DNA of 64,000 nt from a virus. The translations under genes were made by a program, and so were the position numbers. Of the stretch, positions 63,061 through 64,000 are shown one piece after another. The stretch covers positions 16,837 through 80,836 of IMG/VR virus record IMGVR_UViG_3300010885_015247; one strand, written 5' to 3'. Below the pieces are notes generated by a model. The model searched no databases. It was not told the origin of the DNA and saw only the letters and a program-made list of their open reading frames with translations. Position 1 is the first letter of the stretch. Every line of letters begins with the position of its first letter.

Positions 63061-63072
63061 GCCTATTATGTC

Positions 63073-63102
63073 TTGACAAAGTGCAGGAAGGTCGTGTATC
63101 TT
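63073..63102 (+). promoter_or_regulatory. Early promoter P1 (TTGACA-18-TATCTT)
   Basis: Consensus -35; shares an identical 26-nt block with P2. Confidence 0.8.
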
Positions 63103-63149
63103 TATCTTATTGGAACAGGGAGTTCCAATACATACAAAGGGAGAAACAA

Positions 63150-63410
63150 ATGTCATACGGAGTTCAACTTACAGTTAAATACACAGAAGCAACTTCAAAT
63201 GGAACAGTCACTACAGAAAGAGATTATTCTTTCCATGTTGATACCGCATCAAATGCATGCGATTTAATTACTGAAACCGCAAAGAATGCAAAGGAAATGG
63301 GAGCAACCGTATTAAAGGTTAAGGTAACTGAAGAGAATCCAAACTCTTATGAGAACCCTTACCGCAACCTTTCAGATAGCGAAATCTTGGACTTACTCCT
63401 AACCAAGTAA
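63150..63410 (+). CDS. Small early protein
   Basis: Start re-called at MSYGVQ after RBS AAAGGGAGAAAC; lies between P1 and a terminator. Confidence 0.75.
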   Translation: MSYGVQLTVKYTEATSNGTVTTERDYSFHVDTASNACDLITETAKNAKEMGATVLKVKVTEENPNSYENPYRNLSDSEILDLLLTK

Positions 63411-63422
63411 CCGCAAAGAATT

Positions 63423-63454
63423 AGCCCCCCTATCCAAGGGGGGCTTTTTCTTTT
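63423..63454 (+). terminator. Intrinsic terminator
   Basis: AGCCCCCCT-atcca-AGGGGGGCT followed by a T-tract. Confidence 0.85.
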
Positions 63455-63487
63455 CCCGACACGCCGTAAAGCTTTTTCTTTTATAGT

Positions 63488-63517
63488 TTGACAAATGTCA
63501 GGAAGGTCGTGTATCTT
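63488..63517 (+). promoter_or_regulatory. Early promoter P2 (TTGACA-18-TATCTT)
   Basis: Consensus -35 with an AT-rich upstream element; near-copy of P1. Confidence 0.8.
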
Positions 63518-63564
63518 TATCTTAACGGTTCAGGGAGAACCGCAAAACAAAAGGGAGAAACAAA

Positions 63565-63834
63565 ATGACAACACTAGCAATGACCGCAACACTAGCGATC
63601 AACCCAATTCAACTATCTCTAATCGAGACAGCACTAGAGATTGAAATCAAGACATACAGCACAAGCAAAATGAAACTCACTAGAGAACCTGCTCTCCGCA
63701 CTTTTGCTCGTCTTATCGGTGACCCTCTACACCTTCCAAAGTTTAGAGGACTACAAGGACGCAAGGACGCACTTGCAATCGTTAAAGACTTCCTCGCACA
63801 ACTTGAGGACGGCAGGGCTACCGTAGTGAAGTAG
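63565..63834 (+). CDS. Small early protein
   Basis: RBS AAAGGGAGAAAC; lies between P2 and a terminator. Confidence 0.75.
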   Translation: MTTLAMTATLAINPIQLSLIETALEIEIKTYSTSKMKLTREPALRTFARLIGDPLHLPKFRGLQGRKDALAIVKDFLAQLEDGRATVVK

Positions 63835-63848
63835 CCAACTCCCTAAAG

Positions 63849-63876
63849 AACCCCTCGAGAAATCGGGGGGTTTTTT
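63849..63876 (+). terminator. Intrinsic terminator
   Basis: AACCCCTCGA-GAAA-TCGGGGGGTT plus T-tract; GNRA loop. Confidence 0.85.
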
Positions 63877-63889
63877 ATTGGGCGTGTCC

Positions 63890-63918
63890 TTGCAAATGTC
63901 AGGAAGATAGGTTATAGT
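63890..63918 (+). promoter_or_regulatory. Early promoter P3 (TTGCAA-17-TATAGT)
   Basis: Shares AAATGTCAGGAAG with P2. Confidence 0.7.
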
Positions 63919-63966
63919 TCTTTCATAAGCACAGGGAGTGTTTATAAAGAACTAGGGAGAACTAAA

Positions 63967-64000
63967 ATGATAAGCGATTTCTTCGGTAACACAATGGATA
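63967..64000 (+). CDS. Early protein, truncated by the window (MISDFFGNTMD...)
   Basis: RBS AGGGAGAAC upstream; same cassette layout as the previous two genes. Confidence 0.6.
   Translation, partial: MISDFFGNTMD

Overview
This window is a 64-kb segment of a large, AT-rich tailed (siphovirus-like) bacteriophage. The WhiB gene, the separate hexamer/pentamer-type capsid genes and two candidate leaderless genes point to an actinobacterial host; a low-GC freshwater lineage is inferred, not shown. (1) 1-13012, + strand: fibre/accessory module with collagen-like fibres, four tandem paralogous adhesin-like proteins, an S8 protease, a methyltransferase, a GT2-TPR glycosyltransferase and a flavin-dependent halogenase. 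(2) 12990-23591, - strand: WhiB and replication/recombination genes (DUF669 SSB, AAA_24/Sak4-like ATPase, PD-(D/E)XK nuclease, SNF2 helicase, RuvC-like resolvase, PolA). (3) 23610-62552, - strand: morphogenesis block from portal to tail fibre, with no terminase recognised. It includes a 3810-aa polyvalent protein (DEDDh exonuclease + SF1 helicase + ArdC/MPTase + second zincin) inside the head module. (4) 62553-64000: a T-rich non-coding junction, then divergent promoter-gene-terminator cassettes. Best leads: the head-module polyvalent protein with a shifty CCC-UGA stop; a recurrent [LMVI]-[TV]-A-[ASG] motif at domain junctions across head proteins, suggesting prohead-protease processing; and a covarying 5'-terminal C-AGGGA-G hairpin on all three early transcripts, paired with an AGGGAG ribosome-binding site. 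I saw no tRNA, rRNA, CRISPR array, integrase or IS. All product calls come from motif recognition by eye, not database searches.
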